Positions 63,475 to 64,000 of a DNA stretch of 64,000 nt are shown piece by piece. A program made the position numbers and the translations under genes. The notes under the pieces were generated by a model. The model ran no database searches. It saw nothing but the letters and a program-made list of their open reading frames with translations, and was not told where the DNA came from. Position 1 is the stretch's first letter. Every line of letters starts with the position of its first letter. The stretch is from Rhynchobatus australiae (lineage: Eukaryota): the NCBI GenBank assembly GCA_034780895.1, contig JAUZTB010000135.1:84507058-84571057 (forward strand), given 5' to 3'.

Positions 63475-63524
63475 ATGCATTATGTCACAGACTGCAAGAA
63501 GAGACGTGGTGAAGGACTCAATGT

Positions 63525-63650
63525 CCTGATGCAGGGTCTCAACCCACAACACCGACCATCCCTCAGCCTCCACAGATGCTGCCTGACCTACTGAGTTCTT
63601 CCAGCAGTTGTTGTGTTACTCCAGATTACAGCATCTGCAGTATTTTGTGT
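63525..63650 (+). mobile_element. Degenerate Penelope-like terminal fragment
   Basis: gtcctgatgcagggtctcaaccc...cagatgctgcctgacctactgagttcttccagc...cagcatctgcag; inverted relative to the 63051-63191 copy. Confidence 0.7.
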
Positions 63651-63734
63651 CACTGAGCACTTTGACGTGATTGGGAAGGAAAGAACATGACATCCAAAAT
63701 CACCAACCAATCACATTTGTCCTACATAAAAATA

Positions 63735-64000
63735 TAGCAGCCTGCTCAATAGGCACCTCATCCAACAACCATTCACTCACTCCACCAGTGAGACACAGCA
63801 GCAGCAGTCTGTACCATCTACAGGATGCACTGCAGCAACTCACCTCGACTCCTTATACTGCATCTTCCAAACGCACCACCTCTACCGGCTAGAAGGACAA
63901 GGGAAGCAAAAGCACGGAGACCACCACCACCTGGAAGTTGCCCTCTAAGTGTTTACAGGACGGCTTTGAATCAGTGGACTGGACCAGATTCGGCGATTCA
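63735..64000 (+). mobile_element. L2/CR1-group LINE 3' remnant joined to a Rex1-like fragment at the window edge
   Basis: tgtaccatctacaggatgcactgcagcaactcacc motif, then LQDGFESVDW from about 63950. Confidence 0.55.

Overview
Eukaryotic, AT-rich draft-assembly DNA with many N gaps. The repeat content (HE1/V-SINE-like SINEs, CR1/HER1-like LINEs, Rex1/Babar, RTE, Deu-domain SINEs, Penelope-like elements) points to a cartilaginous fish, probably a ray (inference). The only host gene I can support is a ZNF704 orthologue on the minus strand. Its last seven coding exons (49829 down to the TAG at 27887) have canonical GT-AG sites and consistent phases, and join into 337 aa with the AAMVLTSLS motif, one C2H2 finger and a C-terminal C-clamp. 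The start exon lies beyond the right edge. A long 3' UTR of roughly 7-10 kb is likely. The rest is intronic or intergenic DNA full of decayed transposons, with no prokaryote-type systems, CRISPR, rRNA or tRNA. The most notable non-coding signals are: (1) short insertions flanked by 13-14 bp target-site duplications, two of them carrying a minimal hammerhead ribozyme, one intact and sense to the ZNF704 pre-mRNA; (2) a TA-flanked MITE family with an internal 34-bp minisatellite, present twice; (3) a templated duplication that replaced the catalytic RT motif of a CR1 copy; (4) fold-back hairpins at the 5' junctions of truncated LINEs. Repeat family names come from recalled motifs rather than database searches, and repeat boundaries are approximate.
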